Below the pieces are notes generated by a model. That model worked only from the letters and a program-made list of their open reading frames with translations, ran no database searches and was not told where the DNA came from. This document shows positions 29,097 to 40,268 of a DNA stretch of 64,000 nucleotides, one piece after another (position 1 is the first letter of the stretch; each line of letters begins with the position of its first letter). The translations under genes were made by a program, and so were the position numbers. Source of the DNA: Nitrosopumilus sp. UBA526 (GTDB lineage Archaea > Thermoproteota > Nitrososphaeria > Nitrososphaerales > Nitrosopumilaceae); contig DAXZ01000053.1 in NCBI GenBank assembly GCA_002506665.1, forward strand, positions 7,337 through 71,336, read 5' to 3'.

Positions 29097-30983
29097 TCAC
29101 ACCATCAGATTTGGTCTCTTTGAGAGATGTTTTGGCAGGTTCAAACCAGAAAACGGCTTGCCTTTAGTCTGGGTGTTAATCTCATCAGCAAAGTCATCAA
29201 AAGAGATCTCGCGCACACTGCCTGTCTGCCTGTCGCGCACACTAAGGTTCTGCGAGCCTGACTCTCTCTCACCAATGACTAGTATGTATCGAATCCACTC
29301 TTTCTCTGCTGCATGGATTCTCTTTCCAATACTCTCATTTCTATCATCAATGTCAACACGTACATCATTTGTTGCTAATTTATCGCAGAGTTTTTCGGCA
29401 AAATCATTAAACTCGGGGTTTAATGGAATTATTCTGACTTGGGTTGGCGACAACCAGAAAGGTAGTTGTGGTTTGCGCCCCCGCTTTGAGTCACTTGCCG
29501 CCTTTTCCAACAAGGCGTAAATTATTCTCTCTATTGCGCCGCTAGGTGAGTTGTGCAGTATTATTGGGTGTTGCTTGCAGTTGTCCTCATCTACAAAGTC
29601 AATCCCGTATCTGCTGGCATTCTCAACGTCAATCTGGTCAGTAGAGAGAGCAGACGCCTTTCCCATGTCATCTACAAAGTTAAACTCCCATTTTAATACA
29701 AAGTAAAAGAATTTCTCCTTCCACATCTCAACTAGGACAGGTCTTCCATGTCTGCTGACTAGCTCCTCGATGGCTTGTTTGTTGTCATTGTAAAAGTCCT
29801 CAGTAAATCTAATGGCCATGTCATAGTCGGATTCTTCGATTCCAAGTTCCTTGAGGACGCTTCTTGATAAATCAAACCTGACTTTGATCTCATCTATTGC
29901 CTGCTTCATGTCCTTGCAGAAAGCATGACAGTCAGGCATTGTAAACGCCCTAAGGCGTCTTAGACCCACTAGCTCGCCGGACTGTTCTCTACGAAAGCTG
30001 TATCGTGTCAGCTCGTATAGCCTGTAGGGCAGATTCTTGTAGGATAGTTGATACTGGGTTGCCATGAGGAACTGACCAAAGCATGCGGCAAATCTCAAAA
30101 AGAGTTGTTTTCCATCTGAATCAATGTTGTACTGTCGTGCAGGGAACCGGTTAAAGTAGCTGACCATGCTTGGGTGTTGCGAGTCATACATTATGGGCGT
30201 CTCCACCTCGTACCCTCCGTACTCTTTGACCCTGTCAGTAACGTATCTCTCAATTAAGGATTTTATCAGACGGCCGTTGGGATAGAATCTCATGTTACCT
30301 GAATCAGATGCAGACTCGTAATCTGATATTCCCATCTTCTTCATCAGTCCCACGTGTGGGGGCCGTTGGTCTACTTTGCGGGTCTTTACGGATTCATATT
30401 TTGCCAAGACCTCCAACTTTTTGTGATTGGTAAAATCAAAGTCTGCAATATTTGTCATTGTTCCATCTGGCAAAAGAATCTTCCAGTATGAGCGAATCTT
30501 AGACTCGGCGCTGAGCGCATCAGATGTTGTTTCATTAGAATCTGCAGTATCCCCTGCGGTTTCATTAGAACCTGCAGTATCTGCTGTAATTACCTTAAAG
30601 CTCTCAGCTAGTGGATGACCTTTTACTTTGATATTGTAAGACTTTGTCCAGCCAAATGGGGAATGATACACCTCTAGTCCTGATGCGGCAGTCTCCATCT
30701 CTTTGAGGAGGTTTATTGCAACTGAGGGCTTTGCAAGGCTTGAGCTGAGATGCGCATACGGATATAACAGTAATCGGCGGCATCCAATCTTTTCCATGGA
30801 TGTCTTTATCTGGGATATGGCCTCGTGTGCAACTGACGAGTCATCTTTTTGCTCTATGGCAACAAATGCAACTACTAGTTCCTCTAGTTTTTGGGTCTTG
30901 GGGGTGATGTCTTCTGCTGAGTTTATCTCCTTTTTGGTGGGGGTATATTCTATATGATCACAGTGAAGCTGTAATATGCGCAT
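29097..30983 (-). CDS. thrS: Threonyl-tRNA synthetase (archaeal type with N-terminal editing domain)
   Basis: MRILQLH, YPYAHLS, FRREQSGE, anticodon-binding domain. Confidence 0.96.
   Translation of the reverse strand: MRILQLHCDHIEYTPTKKEINSAEDITPKTQKLEELVVAFVAIEQKDDSSVAHEAISQIKTSMEKIGCRRLLLYPYAHLSSSLAKPSVAINLLKEMETAASGLEVYHSPFGWTKSYNIKVKGHPLAESFKVITADTAGSNETAGDTADSNETTSDALSAESKIRSYWKILLPDGTMTNIADFDFTNHKKLEVLAKYESVKTRKVDQRPPHVGLMKKMGISDYESASDSGNMRFYPNGRLIKSLIERYVTDRVKEYGGYEVETPIMYDSQHPSMVSYFNRFPARQYNIDSDGKQLFLRFAACFGQFLMATQYQLSYKNLPYRLYELTRYSFRREQSGELVGLRRLRAFTMPDCHAFCKDMKQAIDEIKVRFDLSRSVLKELGIEESDYDMAIRFTEDFYNDNKQAIEELVSRHGRPVLVEMWKEKFFYFVLKWEFNFVDDMGKASALSTDQIDVENASRYGIDFVDEDNCKQHPIILHNSPSGAIERIIYALLEKAASDSKRGRKPQLPFWLSPTQVRIIPLNPEFNDFAEKLCDKLATNDVRVDIDDRNESIGKRIHAAEKEWIRYILVIGERESGSQNLSVRDRQTGSVREISFDDFADEINTQTKGKPFSGLNLPKHLSKRPNLMV
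30529..30588. repeat. 30-bp in-frame tandem duplication in the ThrRS linker
   Basis: GTTTCATTAGAATCTGCAGTATC vs GTTTCATTAGAACCTGCAGTATC at 30-nt spacing. Confidence 0.85.
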
Positions 30984-31088
30984 GTTAAGGGAACATCAAA
31001 AGCGTCATAAATATACGATTCCTAATTGTTTAGTTATGCCGAGAATCTCTGGCATGAAAATCCGCTTATTTTGTAATTAAATACAAAT

Positions 31089-31610
31089 GTGCCCACATTT
31101 GCTAAACATGTTGTGGTGAATCCATCTGTCTTTAGGAGACGAGATCTCTCAAAGGTAAATTTTGAGTATGAAAACATGATAAAACGAGACCTGTCTGATA
31201 CTAGCATGGCGGGTGCCGTACTCAGAGACCGGGACATACACAATTCAAATCTTAGCGGCTCTGATCTTAGCGGCGCAGACCTGAGCGGTGCGATATTATT
31301 CAATGTCAAGCTGCAAGGCGCATGCATGCATGATGTAAATCTCTCAAATGCAAAGCTGTGGGACGCTGAACTGTATGGCGCAGACCTGCGGGGGGCTGAC
31401 CTGAGTGGAGCAGACTTGTTTTATGCTGACTTGAAGAGTGTTGACCTGAGCGGTGCTGATCTGAGCGGGGCCAATCTCAGACATGCAGACTTTGATGGGG
31501 CAACACTGGAATCTACAAACTTTGCAGGTGCGAGGTATGATTTGCATACTCTGTCTACGATTCCAAAGAATGCAAAAAACAACTTTGAGAAACAAGGTAG
31601 CATGTGGTAA
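31089..31610 (+). CDS. Pentapeptide repeat protein
   Basis: A(D/N)LSG repeats. Confidence 0.92.
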   Translation: MPTFAKHVVVNPSVFRRRDLSKVNFEYENMIKRDLSDTSMAGAVLRDRDIHNSNLSGSDLSGADLSGAILFNVKLQGACMHDVNLSNAKLWDAELYGADLRGADLSGADLFYADLKSVDLSGADLSGANLRHADFDGATLESTNFAGARYDLHTLSTIPKNAKNNFEKQGSMW

Positions 31611-31631
31611 TGACAACTTGGTAACCATACA

Positions 31632-32048
31632 TTACATCTCTTTGCTAAATTTTTCAAACTCTGACTGGGTCTTTACAAACTGGTCAGTTACAATCCTCTT
31701 TAGCAAAAAAAGATTCTCCATCTTTTCATTAATGATGCAGATAGATTCATCAAATATTACGGCATCTACAAATTCCTCATTGGGGTATGCTATATATTCA
31801 AAAGACTTGGAATCTGTCTGAATCTGCAGCTTTAATCCCATCAATAATCCCAAATCATCATGCTTGTTCAAAAATCCAACCAAGCTTGCTCTCAAACTAG
31901 GGTCGTCAAAAAGTGACTTGTACTGTAATGCACTCGAGGCATCGTCTATTATGCATGCAACAGGTTTACCTCTGATATGCAAAACTGCCGAGCTGTGGGT
32001 GGGTGCAAACGCCCTAGAATCAGGCATCTTGTCTAAAGGCATAATCAC
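31632..32048 (-). CDS. Hypothetical protein
   Basis: 138-aa ORF. Confidence 0.65.
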   Translation of the reverse strand: MIMPLDKMPDSRAFAPTHSSAVLHIRGKPVACIIDDASSALQYKSLFDDPSLRASLVGFLNKHDDLGLLMGLKLQIQTDSKSFEYIAYPNEEFVDAVIFDESICIINEKMENLFLLKRIVTDQFVKTQSEFEKFSKEM

Positions 32049-32375
32049 AAACTTTTGGTTTGACTAATATTTTTTATCAGCTAGTGTCTATTTCTCGTCT
32101 GGTTCGTTTGCTTTATCTCGAACCTTTTTCATGATGCAGAACCTGCTCAAGGCCTTCATAAATCCCATAATCTCAGTTGGCATAACAGAGTATTAAATGT
32201 GTTCAAAATTCCCAGTCAAGATACACATCAAATCAGCCCTCTGCTGTAATTCTTTGATCGTGATACCTGCTTTTGATGTAGCGCAGAGATATAGCTACTT
32301 GGGGGGGAAAAAATCAAAGATGGGGATCAAAGAATTAACCATTCATTAATAATACAACCACCATGCCCAATATTC

Positions 32376-35033
32376 ATGCAATTCTGTTCTGACTGTGAGA
32401 CAAGACTAGTACAGAGTCGTGATGATGTGGGCGGGCCACGGATATGTCCCCAATGCCATCCGGAACAGAGTCAGACACAAATTCCAACACGTGCAGTGAA
32501 CCATTCGGGCATAACAAAACCTTGCTCCAAAGGATGCGGCTCTGAGATCTATTGGGATGAGTTATTCAGGACGGACGGTGGAAAGTTCATCCCCATTGAT
32601 TCGCAGACAGACGAACCGCACCAGTGCAATAAATCAACTGTATCTGATGGGGCCGCACCTGATGAGACTACACTTGATGACACCGTACCTGCAGAGACTG
32701 CATCTGACTCAAAACCCAAAGACAGGGAAACTGTATCACAAATTCCAATCCCACAAAGCATCCTATTTGATGTTGCCAAGATTCCAAAAGCACTAGTTGA
32801 GAAAGACGGCATCATACATAGAATCATTCAGGGACACAAAGAAGAGTCACTTGCCCTGATTCATTATGAGCGACTGACTGCTCCAGAAGCTGAAAAAATA
32901 CCAATAGAATCCCTAGATGATGTACTGTCTGAGAATATCATACAGGGATTGGAGAGATACGGATTCAAGGGGCTACTTCCATTTCAAGACGAGTCTGTCC
33001 GTGAGATTCTAAAGGGAAATAACACCATAATATCAGCACCCACAGGGTCTGGAAAGACAGAAGCCTTTGCCATCCCAATACTGCAAAAAATATCTGGCAG
33101 AACCACCCCCGGAGTATTTGCATTGCTTGTCTATCCTCTTAATGCATTAATTGATGACCAGGTATCAAAGCTTACAAACCTGATTCAAAAATGCAAGCTG
33201 GCAGGCCACACTGCCGCATATTCAATTCACGGTGGCCAGAGTACCGAGTACAAGGATATGGTAATAGCCGAGTCCAAAAAAAAGTCATTGATAATTGCAA
33301 CAAACTTTGATTTTATCAACTATCACATGATACTGCAAGACAAGAAATGGAACGAGTTGTTCAAGACTGCAAAGATAATAGTAATGGATGAGGCACATTC
33401 CTACACCAGCTTTTACGGCTCTAATGTGTACCATGTTTTACAGAGAATGGAAAGATACATGACCAAAGTTCAATATGTTGGCTCATCAGCTACTCTGGAT
33501 AATTCTAAAGAGTTTTTCTCAAACATGTTTAACATTCCCAAAGACTCTTTCTCATACATCAAAAGCAAGCTCAGGCGAAGACAAGACATGCACATGTTCT
33601 TTATCATGCCAAGAAAGTTCAGACAGCGCGCTACGATGGAGCTGCTCTCTTCTTTGTGCTACAAGAACAAGTCAGTCCAGCTAGTCTTTAGCAATACACA
33701 CAACGATGCCGAGTTTCTTGCATCCAATGTCGAGGGAGCAAACAAAGGAATCAGGATTCAGGTACACCGGGGAGGACTTGATCAGAAAGACAGAAAGCTG
33801 TATGAATCTCAGATGAAGGCGGGGGAACTAGATGTTTTATCATGCACCCCCACACTCGAGCTTGGAATCGATATAGGACACGTCGATGTGGTGATATCTG
33901 CATTTAAAAACGAGTTTGATTCATTTATCCAAAGGATTGGCAGGGCAGGACGGAGGGGTCAGAGATCATATGCTATCTGTGTCTTTGATTCTGATGATGC
34001 CACATGCCACTATTTTGCACGTCACATGACTGAATATCTAAACCAGACACATACCATACAAATCAGCAAAAAAAACCCCATCATATCTGAAAGACATGAG
34101 GAATCAAAAAAAGTTGAAGCACAGGCAGCGTCAACAAATGCCAAGTCACAGTTCTTTGATTTTGCAAACACCGTTAATTTGCGTGGGACGTCTGGTGAGA
34201 TTGCCATATATTATAACACTCGAAAGATTGGAACACGGGGAATCCCTGTGGGATATTATCAACTGCATCAAAATGCAATATACCATTTTAACAAGCAAAA
34301 CTATGAGGTAACCTCACTTCTAAAGTCGTCTGGCGGTGCAAGGGCATACTTGAGAAGATCAGATGAGAGAGGAAAGAGAACAATTCCAATTGTTAAAACC
34401 CTACTAATTGAGGAATCAAAATTAAAGGCAGTCCACAAAACAGTCTGTGTAAACTCTAACAAACTTGACTTGAGATACGGCATGATCTCACTTGATAGAA
34501 CAATCTCCGGATACATGAAGGGAAACTATAACGAATCTACAGACAAATTCCAGGTACACTATGGCAGTCTTACTCCGGGCTGGAAGAGTTTTCATTGGAA
34601 GTCTGAGCACTCTTCTGTTGGAATTACAGTGCCCCCAGAATTCATTGCGCAGAGTGTTTCAGAATCCAAAAATACGATAACTGATGATCCCGGTATTCAC
34701 ACCATATCACACATTCTAGTTAATGCAAGCAAGATTCTAACAAAATCCGAGTCAAGTGACATTGATGTATACTATGATGCAGGTGTCATCTATCTCTATG
34801 ATAACTCGTCAGACGGATTTAATGGATGCAGCAAAATAATTTATGACGAGTTTGAAAAGGTTCTAGATACGGGGTTTGATCTTTTAAATGACTGTGACTG
34901 CCCAACTGGCAAATCACAAGAAGATGATTGGGGTGGATGCCCAAAGTGCACATTTACTACAAACTATTGTCAGACAAAAAACAAAGACCTCTCAAAAGAC
35001 GGCGCAAAGAAATTCTTTGCCACATTTCATTGA
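32376..35033 (+). CDS. DEAD/DEAH helicase with C-terminal DUF1998-like Zn domain (Hrq1/MrfA-like) and N-terminal Zn ribbons
   Basis: APTGSGKT, DEAH, SAT, TLELGIDIG, QRIGRAGR, CDC..GCPKC. Confidence 0.9.
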   Translation: MQFCSDCETRLVQSRDDVGGPRICPQCHPEQSQTQIPTRAVNHSGITKPCSKGCGSEIYWDELFRTDGGKFIPIDSQTDEPHQCNKSTVSDGAAPDETTLDDTVPAETASDSKPKDRETVSQIPIPQSILFDVAKIPKALVEKDGIIHRIIQGHKEESLALIHYERLTAPEAEKIPIESLDDVLSENIIQGLERYGFKGLLPFQDESVREILKGNNTIISAPTGSGKTEAFAIPILQKISGRTTPGVFALLVYPLNALIDDQVSKLTNLIQKCKLAGHTAAYSIHGGQSTEYKDMVIAESKKKSLIIATNFDFINYHMILQDKKWNELFKTAKIIVMDEAHSYTSFYGSNVYHVLQRMERYMTKVQYVGSSATLDNSKEFFSNMFNIPKDSFSYIKSKLRRRQDMHMFFIMPRKFRQRATMELLSSLCYKNKSVQLVFSNTHNDAEFLASNVEGANKGIRIQVHRGGLDQKDRKLYESQMKAGELDVLSCTPTLELGIDIGHVDVVISAFKNEFDSFIQRIGRAGRRGQRSYAICVFDSDDATCHYFARHMTEYLNQTHTIQISKKNPIISERHEESKKVEAQAASTNAKSQFFDFANTVNLRGTSGEIAIYYNTRKIGTRGIPVGYYQLHQNAIYHFNKQNYEVTSLLKSSGGARAYLRRSDERGKRTIPIVKTLLIEESKLKAVHKTVCVNSNKLDLRYGMISLDRTISGYMKGNYNESTDKFQVHYGSLTPGWKSFHWKSEHSSVGITVPPEFIAQSVSESKNTITDDPGIHTISHILVNASKILTKSESSDIDVYYDAGVIYLYDNSSDGFNGCSKIIYDEFEKVLDTGFDLLNDCDCPTGKSQEDDWGGCPKCTFTTNYCQTKNKDLSKDGAKKFFATFH

Positions 35034-35038
35034 CGGTT

Positions 35039-35224
35039 TTATTGCAGAGAATAATGCATCTCACAAAACAAGGCAATTCCATCAGGCAGGGTCTTTGCTG
35101 TAATGCTGTGACCGTCTTGCAATCCCCTTCCACATACATAGCACTCTGCTGCACTTACAGACGTCATCACAGTCTGATGCTTTACATACATGTCTTGTAC
35201 GATCGTCTGATTTGCTCTTGTCAT
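35039..35224 (-). CDS. Small Zn-binding protein
   Basis: CYVCG...FCEMH. Confidence 0.65.
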   Translation of the reverse strand: MTRANQTIVQDMYVKHQTVMTSVSAAECYVCGRGLQDGHSITAKTLPDGIALFCEMHYSLQ

Positions 35225-35344
35225 GATTTATGGCGAGCCCAACTAGACTATAAAGGTACCGTACTATACCGTAAAGGATTCATGCCTGAGAACAGGGCTG
35301 GATCATCCCTTTAAATAATAACCCTGTCTGAACTCAGTTTATGG

Positions 35345-36682
35345 GTGGATACATTTGGAAGCGCAAAAGTAGTACCTCTAGATTTATCTGAGAACCAATT
35401 TCAAATTTACAACAAGATCTCAAGAAATTATTCACACTCTTTTCTCTTTGAATCACTGACAGGCCCAGAGGTGTTATCTGAGACCTCTGTAATGGGCTTT
35501 GATCCAGGGACAATCTTTAGGGGCTATCTTGATAAAGTGGAGATAATTCAAGACGGCAAGACAACAGTCAAAACTGCAGACCCGTTTGCAGAACTAAAAA
35601 AACTGCTGCCAAAATCCGACGATCAAAGCTATCGCTACCTTGGCGGTGCAGTAGGGGTAATCAACTATGATGCAGTCAGACTAGTTGAAGACCTTGATGA
35701 CTCTGATACGGCGCAGCCACTACTAGAGGTTGGCATATATGATGATGGAATACTATATGACAAGATACGTGAAAAGCTGTTTTACTTTTATCATGATGAG
35801 AACAGATTTGATAGATTAAAGATGGATGACGGCGCATTTGGCAAATTTCATGCAAGTGATGCAACCCCCAACATGGACGATTCAGAGTATACCAAACTAG
35901 TAGAAAAGGCAAAGAGATACATCTATGACGGGGATATCTTTCAGGTCGTACTGTCTAGAAAATTTACATTTGATACAAGCGGGGACAGTCTGGCACTATA
36001 CAAGACACTGCGCGGACTAAATCCGTCACCGTACATGTATCATCTAAAACAAGATACAAAGACGATAATTGGCGCATCCCCTGAGATGCTAGTGAGAATA
36101 ACAGGTGATCGAGTGGAGACATTTCCCATTGCGGGAACAAGAAAAGTAACAGATGACAAAAAACAAAATGCAATATTATCCCAAGAGCTAAGAAACAATG
36201 AAAAGGAGCTAGCAGAGCACACAATGCTTGTAGACTTGGGCAGAAACGACATTGGTAGAATTTGCAAGTATGGTACGGTTCACCCCGAATCCCTAATGGA
36301 GATAAAGCAGTTCAGTCACGTTCAACACATGGTCAGTCACATTGCAGGCGAGATGGCTCCAGAAAATGACATGTTTGATGCATTTCAGGCGGTATTTCCT
36401 GCAGGTACAGTCTCTGGGGCCCCAAAGGTTCGGGCCATGGAGATAATAGACGAGCTAGAGCCCGAGTCTAGGGGGCCATATGCCGGAGCTGTTGGGTATT
36501 TCTCATATAATGGATGCTGTGACTTTGCAATTGCAATTAGAAGTATCTTCATAAAAGACGGCAAGGGCTTTGTCCAATCAGGGGCAGGAATTGTATCAGA
36601 CTCTGTTGCAAAGGCCGAGTTTAAGGAGACAGAGCACAAGGCAGGTGCAATGCTTCAGGCATTAAGGGAGGCAACGCAATGA
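35345..36682 (+). CDS. trpE: Anthranilate synthase component I
   Basis: LNPSPYMY, PIAGTR, EHTMLVDLGRND, FPAGTVSGAPK. Confidence 0.95.
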   Translation: MDTFGSAKVVPLDLSENQFQIYNKISRNYSHSFLFESLTGPEVLSETSVMGFDPGTIFRGYLDKVEIIQDGKTTVKTADPFAELKKLLPKSDDQSYRYLGGAVGVINYDAVRLVEDLDDSDTAQPLLEVGIYDDGILYDKIREKLFYFYHDENRFDRLKMDDGAFGKFHASDATPNMDDSEYTKLVEKAKRYIYDGDIFQVVLSRKFTFDTSGDSLALYKTLRGLNPSPYMYHLKQDTKTIIGASPEMLVRITGDRVETFPIAGTRKVTDDKKQNAILSQELRNNEKELAEHTMLVDLGRNDIGRICKYGTVHPESLMEIKQFSHVQHMVSHIAGEMAPENDMFDAFQAVFPAGTVSGAPKVRAMEIIDELEPESRGPYAGAVGYFSYNGCCDFAIAIRSIFIKDGKGFVQSGAGIVSDSVAKAEFKETEHKAGAMLQALREATQ

Positions 36683-37275
36683 AGTTTCTGATAATTGATA
36701 ATTACGATTCATTTGTGTACAATATCGCGCAATACCTCGGGGAGCTTGGTGTCAGATGTGATGTTGTAAGAAACGACAAGATAACCATACCACAGATAAG
36801 GGATGCACACTATGACGCACTAGTTATATCCCCAGGCCCCGGCACCCCTGAGGATACAAGATACTTTGGCATCTGCTCTGATGTAATACGACATCTCGGA
36901 GAACACACTCCAATTTTAGGTGTATGTCTTGGACACCAGGGAATAATTGACGTGTTTGGAGGCAAGGTCACTAATGCAAGACGTGTAAGACATGGAAAGA
37001 CAAGCCCGGTTGTTCATCAGGGCTCTGTACTATTTGAAGGAGTAGCGAATCCATTTATGGCAACAAGGTATCACAGCTTGGTAGGTGAAAAGACAATGAT
37101 TCCTGACGTACTCAAAGTAACTGCAACTGCCGCTGATGACGGCGAGGTGATGGCAGTACAACACAAGCAATACCCCATTTATGGCGTACAGTTTCATCCA
37201 GAATCTATAATGACTCTGGACGGAAAAAAGATTCTGAGTAATTTCATCAATCATGTACGGGAGCAAAAGAGTTGA
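36679..37275 (+). CDS. trpG: Anthranilate synthase component II
   Basis: DNYDSF, SPGPG, GVCLGHQ, QFHPES. Confidence 0.95.
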   Translation: MKFLIIDNYDSFVYNIAQYLGELGVRCDVVRNDKITIPQIRDAHYDALVISPGPGTPEDTRYFGICSDVIRHLGEHTPILGVCLGHQGIIDVFGGKVTNARRVRHGKTSPVVHQGSVLFEGVANPFMATRYHSLVGEKTMIPDVLKVTATAADDGEVMAVQHKQYPIYGVQFHPESIMTLDGKKILSNFINHVREQKS

Positions 37276-38315
37276 TCACAGAACTGGTCTCAAAACTGCA
37301 AAAAAAGACTGACCTAACATATCATGAGATGAGCCAGGGCATGGCAGAGATACTATCAGGCAGGACGACAAATGATGAGAACCGGGACTTTTTATCACAT
37401 CTTGCAGCAAAGGGGGAGACAGACGACGAACTGCTAGGCATGCTTGATGAGATGCAAAGACTCTCACTGCGTGTCAATACAGGAACAAAAGAGGGGGTAA
37501 TTGATATGTGTGGTACGGGAGGCGACAGACTTGGCACCCTCAACATATCTACTGCCGCCTCGTTTGTAGTAGCGGCCGCTGGTGGCAGAGTGGCCAAGCA
37601 TGGAAATCACTCAAGTTCCGGAATCTCTGGAAGCGCTGATATCTTTGAATATTTTGGATATGACCTGAATGCAGACCCTACAAGTACTGCAACTATCTTG
37701 CAAAAATACAACATTTGCTTTATGTTTGCACAAAAATTTCATCCGGCAATGCGGCATGTATCCAAAGCTAGAATGCAGATAGGCAGCAGAACTGCATTTA
37801 ATCTGCTCGGCCCGCTGTCTAATCCTGCAGGTGTGCATGACCAGCTAGTCGGGGTATCGTCTGTACAATATCTAAACAGACTGCCTTTAATTCTCAAAAG
37901 ACGCGGTGCTAGAACCGTCATGACTGTACACTCTGATGGAATGGACGAGTTTTCAACTTGTGCTGCTAATCATGTGTGTATGTTGCAAGACGGCAAGATA
38001 ACTAGCCGTATAGTTGATTCTGAAAATCTAGGACTGCACAAGTCCAAACTGCAAGACCTCAAAGTCAAGACTCGGGAGGATGCAACAAGATCGTTTGTCC
38101 GTGTACTAGAGAACAAGGCAAACCAGGCAATGACTGAGACTGTGGTATTAAATGCGGCAGGCGGACTGATTGTTGCAGGCATCTCATCGGACTTTGAGGA
38201 TGCAGTGAGGCTGGCACAAGATACACTGGAAAGCAACAAGGCATTTTTGCTGTTAGCAAAGTTTGTAAGAGATACCGGGGATATTTCAAAACTAGAGGAG
38301 ATGCGACATGGCTAG
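37272..38315 (+). CDS. trpD: Anthranilate phosphoribosyltransferase
   Basis: CGTGGD, NIST, KHGN, DGMDE. Confidence 0.95.
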   Translation: MITELVSKLQKKTDLTYHEMSQGMAEILSGRTTNDENRDFLSHLAAKGETDDELLGMLDEMQRLSLRVNTGTKEGVIDMCGTGGDRLGTLNISTAASFVVAAAGGRVAKHGNHSSSGISGSADIFEYFGYDLNADPTSTATILQKYNICFMFAQKFHPAMRHVSKARMQIGSRTAFNLLGPLSNPAGVHDQLVGVSSVQYLNRLPLILKRRGARTVMTVHSDGMDEFSTCAANHVCMLQDGKITSRIVDSENLGLHKSKLQDLKVKTREDATRSFVRVLENKANQAMTETVVLNAAGGLIVAGISSDFEDAVRLAQDTLESNKAFLLLAKFVRDTGDISKLEEMRHG

Positions 38316-39084
38316 AGATATTTTGCGAAAGCTGGTAAACAACTCTCAGATGGCAATTGATGACGGCACATATGACATTGATGCAAGCTTGCCAAAATCA
38401 AGCAAAGACTTGGTCTCTTTGATAAAGACTGATTTACATGCACCACTGCTCACAGAGATAAAGTTCTCATCCCCGTCCCTAGGCAAGATAAGGACGCCCG
38501 GTGACCCTGTACGCATAGCACAACAGATGATTGCAGGAGGCTCAAAGGCATTGTCAGTCCTGACCCAGCCACACCTGTTTTGCGGCTCTCCGGAATATTT
38601 CATGAAGGTAAGGCAGGCAGTAAATGTTCCCATGCTCATGAAAGATATCATAATTGACAAAGTTCAGATTGATACTGCAAAAAAGATTGGCGCAGACATG
38701 ATACTGTTAATCGAGTCACTCTTTGATAAGAAATTTCTCTCAAATGTTGATGAATTTATTCAGTATGGCCACAGCCAGGGACTGCAGATATTACTAGAGG
38801 CACACACAAGTAAAGAACTCCAAAACGCAATCAACACCAAAGCCGACATCATTGGAATCAACAACAGGAATCTTGATACACTGGAGATTAATTTGCAGAC
38901 AACACAAGACGTGCTTGCCGGAGTCAAAGAACCAAGACCCATCATCACTGAGAGCGGGATAAATTCACCTGATGATATTATATATCTAAAAAAGTGCGGT
39001 GCAGACGCGTTTCTGATTGGCTCAAATATAATGCAAAGTGACAACATTGAAGAACAGGTAAGAACTCTGGTGAATGCATATTGA
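38308..39084 (+). CDS. trpC: Indole-3-glycerol phosphate synthase
   Basis: [23 protein letters not shown]. Confidence 0.95.
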   Translation: MARDILRKLVNNSQMAIDDGTYDIDASLPKSSKDLVSLIKTDLHAPLLTEIKFSSPSLGKIRTPGDPVRIAQQMIAGGSKALSVLTQPHLFCGSPEYFMKVRQAVNVPMLMKDIIIDKVQIDTAKKIGADMILLIESLFDKKFLSNVDEFIQYGHSQGLQILLEAHTSKELQNAINTKADIIGINNRNLDTLEINLQTTQDVLAGVKEPRPIITESGINSPDDIIYLKKCGADAFLIGSNIMQSDNIEEQVRTLVNAY

Positions 39085-40268
39085 AGTATCCCAAAGACGG
39101 CAGGTTCGGAGAGTTTGGCGGACGATACATTCCAGAGACACTAGTACCTGCAATTGAGGAACTAGAGGAGAACTATCTAAAGTTCAAAGACGACCAAAGA
39201 TTCAAAAAAGAACTAGACTATTATCTCAAAGTCTATGCCGGAAGGCCGACACCACTATACTATGCAAAGAATCTCTCAGAGAAGCTTGGCGGTGCTAGAA
39301 TCTATCTAAAGCGAGAAGACCTGCTTCATGGCGGGGCACACAAGATAAACAACACTTTGGGCCAGACACTGCTTGCAAAAAAGATGCACAAAAAGAGAAT
39401 AATTGCCGAGACCGGTGCAGGTCAACACGGGGTTGCAACTGCAATGGCGTGTGCGGCGCTTGGGACAAAAGCCGAGGTATACATGGGTCATAAAGACATG
39501 ACAAGGCAAGAACTAAACGTATTTCGGATGAATATGCTTGGATGCAAGGTACATCCGGTAAAATCAGGCTCTAAAACCCTAAAGGACGCAATCAACGAGG
39601 CAATCCGTGACTGGATTACAAATGTCAAAAATACATACTATCTGTTAGGTTCTGCAGTAGGTCCGCATCCGTACCCTGTAATGGTTCGAGACTTTCAGAG
39701 CGTGATTGGATATGAGATTAAATCACAGATGAAAAAAATAAACAAGACACCTGATGTGGTAATTGCGTGTGTTGGTGGCGGCTCAAATGCGATAGGAACA
39801 TTTTATCCATTGATGGACCAAAACTCTGAGATGATCGGCGTCGAAGCTGCAGGCAAAGGACTGAGATCAAAGATGCATTCAGCTACCCTGTCTTCAGGAA
39901 GTCCGGGGGTGTTGCACGGCATGATGACTTATCTGCTGCAAGATGATGAGGGTCAGATTACCAAAACTCATAGTATCTCTGCAGGTCTAGATTATCCCGG
40001 GGTAGGCCCTGAGCACTCGTATTACAAGGATACGCAACAGGTAAAGTATCACTCTGCAACAGATGCTGATGTCATTGATGCATTTTTAATGCTGACTAGA
40101 ACAGAGGGAATAATTCCTGCATTAGAGTCGTCACATGCGATAGCTGAGGCCATCAAAGTTGCAAGAAAAACAAAGAGATCAGAATCAATAGTAGTTACAC
40201 TATCTGGGAGAGGAGACAAGGACGTCCAAGAGGTACAAAAATATTTGAATAGACATGAACAGAATTAA
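39081..40268 (+). CDS. trpB: Tryptophan synthase beta chain
   Basis: [20 protein letters not shown]. Confidence 0.96.
   Translation: MKYPKDGRFGEFGGRYIPETLVPAIEELEENYLKFKDDQRFKKELDYYLKVYAGRPTPLYYAKNLSEKLGGARIYLKREDLLHGGAHKINNTLGQTLLAKKMHKKRIIAETGAGQHGVATAMACAALGTKAEVYMGHKDMTRQELNVFRMNMLGCKVHPVKSGSKTLKDAINEAIRDWITNVKNTYYLLGSAVGPHPYPVMVRDFQSVIGYEIKSQMKKINKTPDVVIACVGGGSNAIGTFYPLMDQNSEMIGVEAAGKGLRSKMHSATLSSGSPGVLHGMMTYLLQDDEGQITKTHSISAGLDYPGVGPEHSYYKDTQQVKYHSATDADVIDAFLMLTRTEGIIPALESSHAIAEAIKVARKTKRSESIVVTLSGRGDKDVQEVQKYLNRHEQN

Noticed and set aside
31230-31530. 15-bp periodic repeats resembling an array
   Set aside because: These are coding pentapeptide repeats, not CRISPR; no CRISPR array or cas gene was seen anywhere in the window
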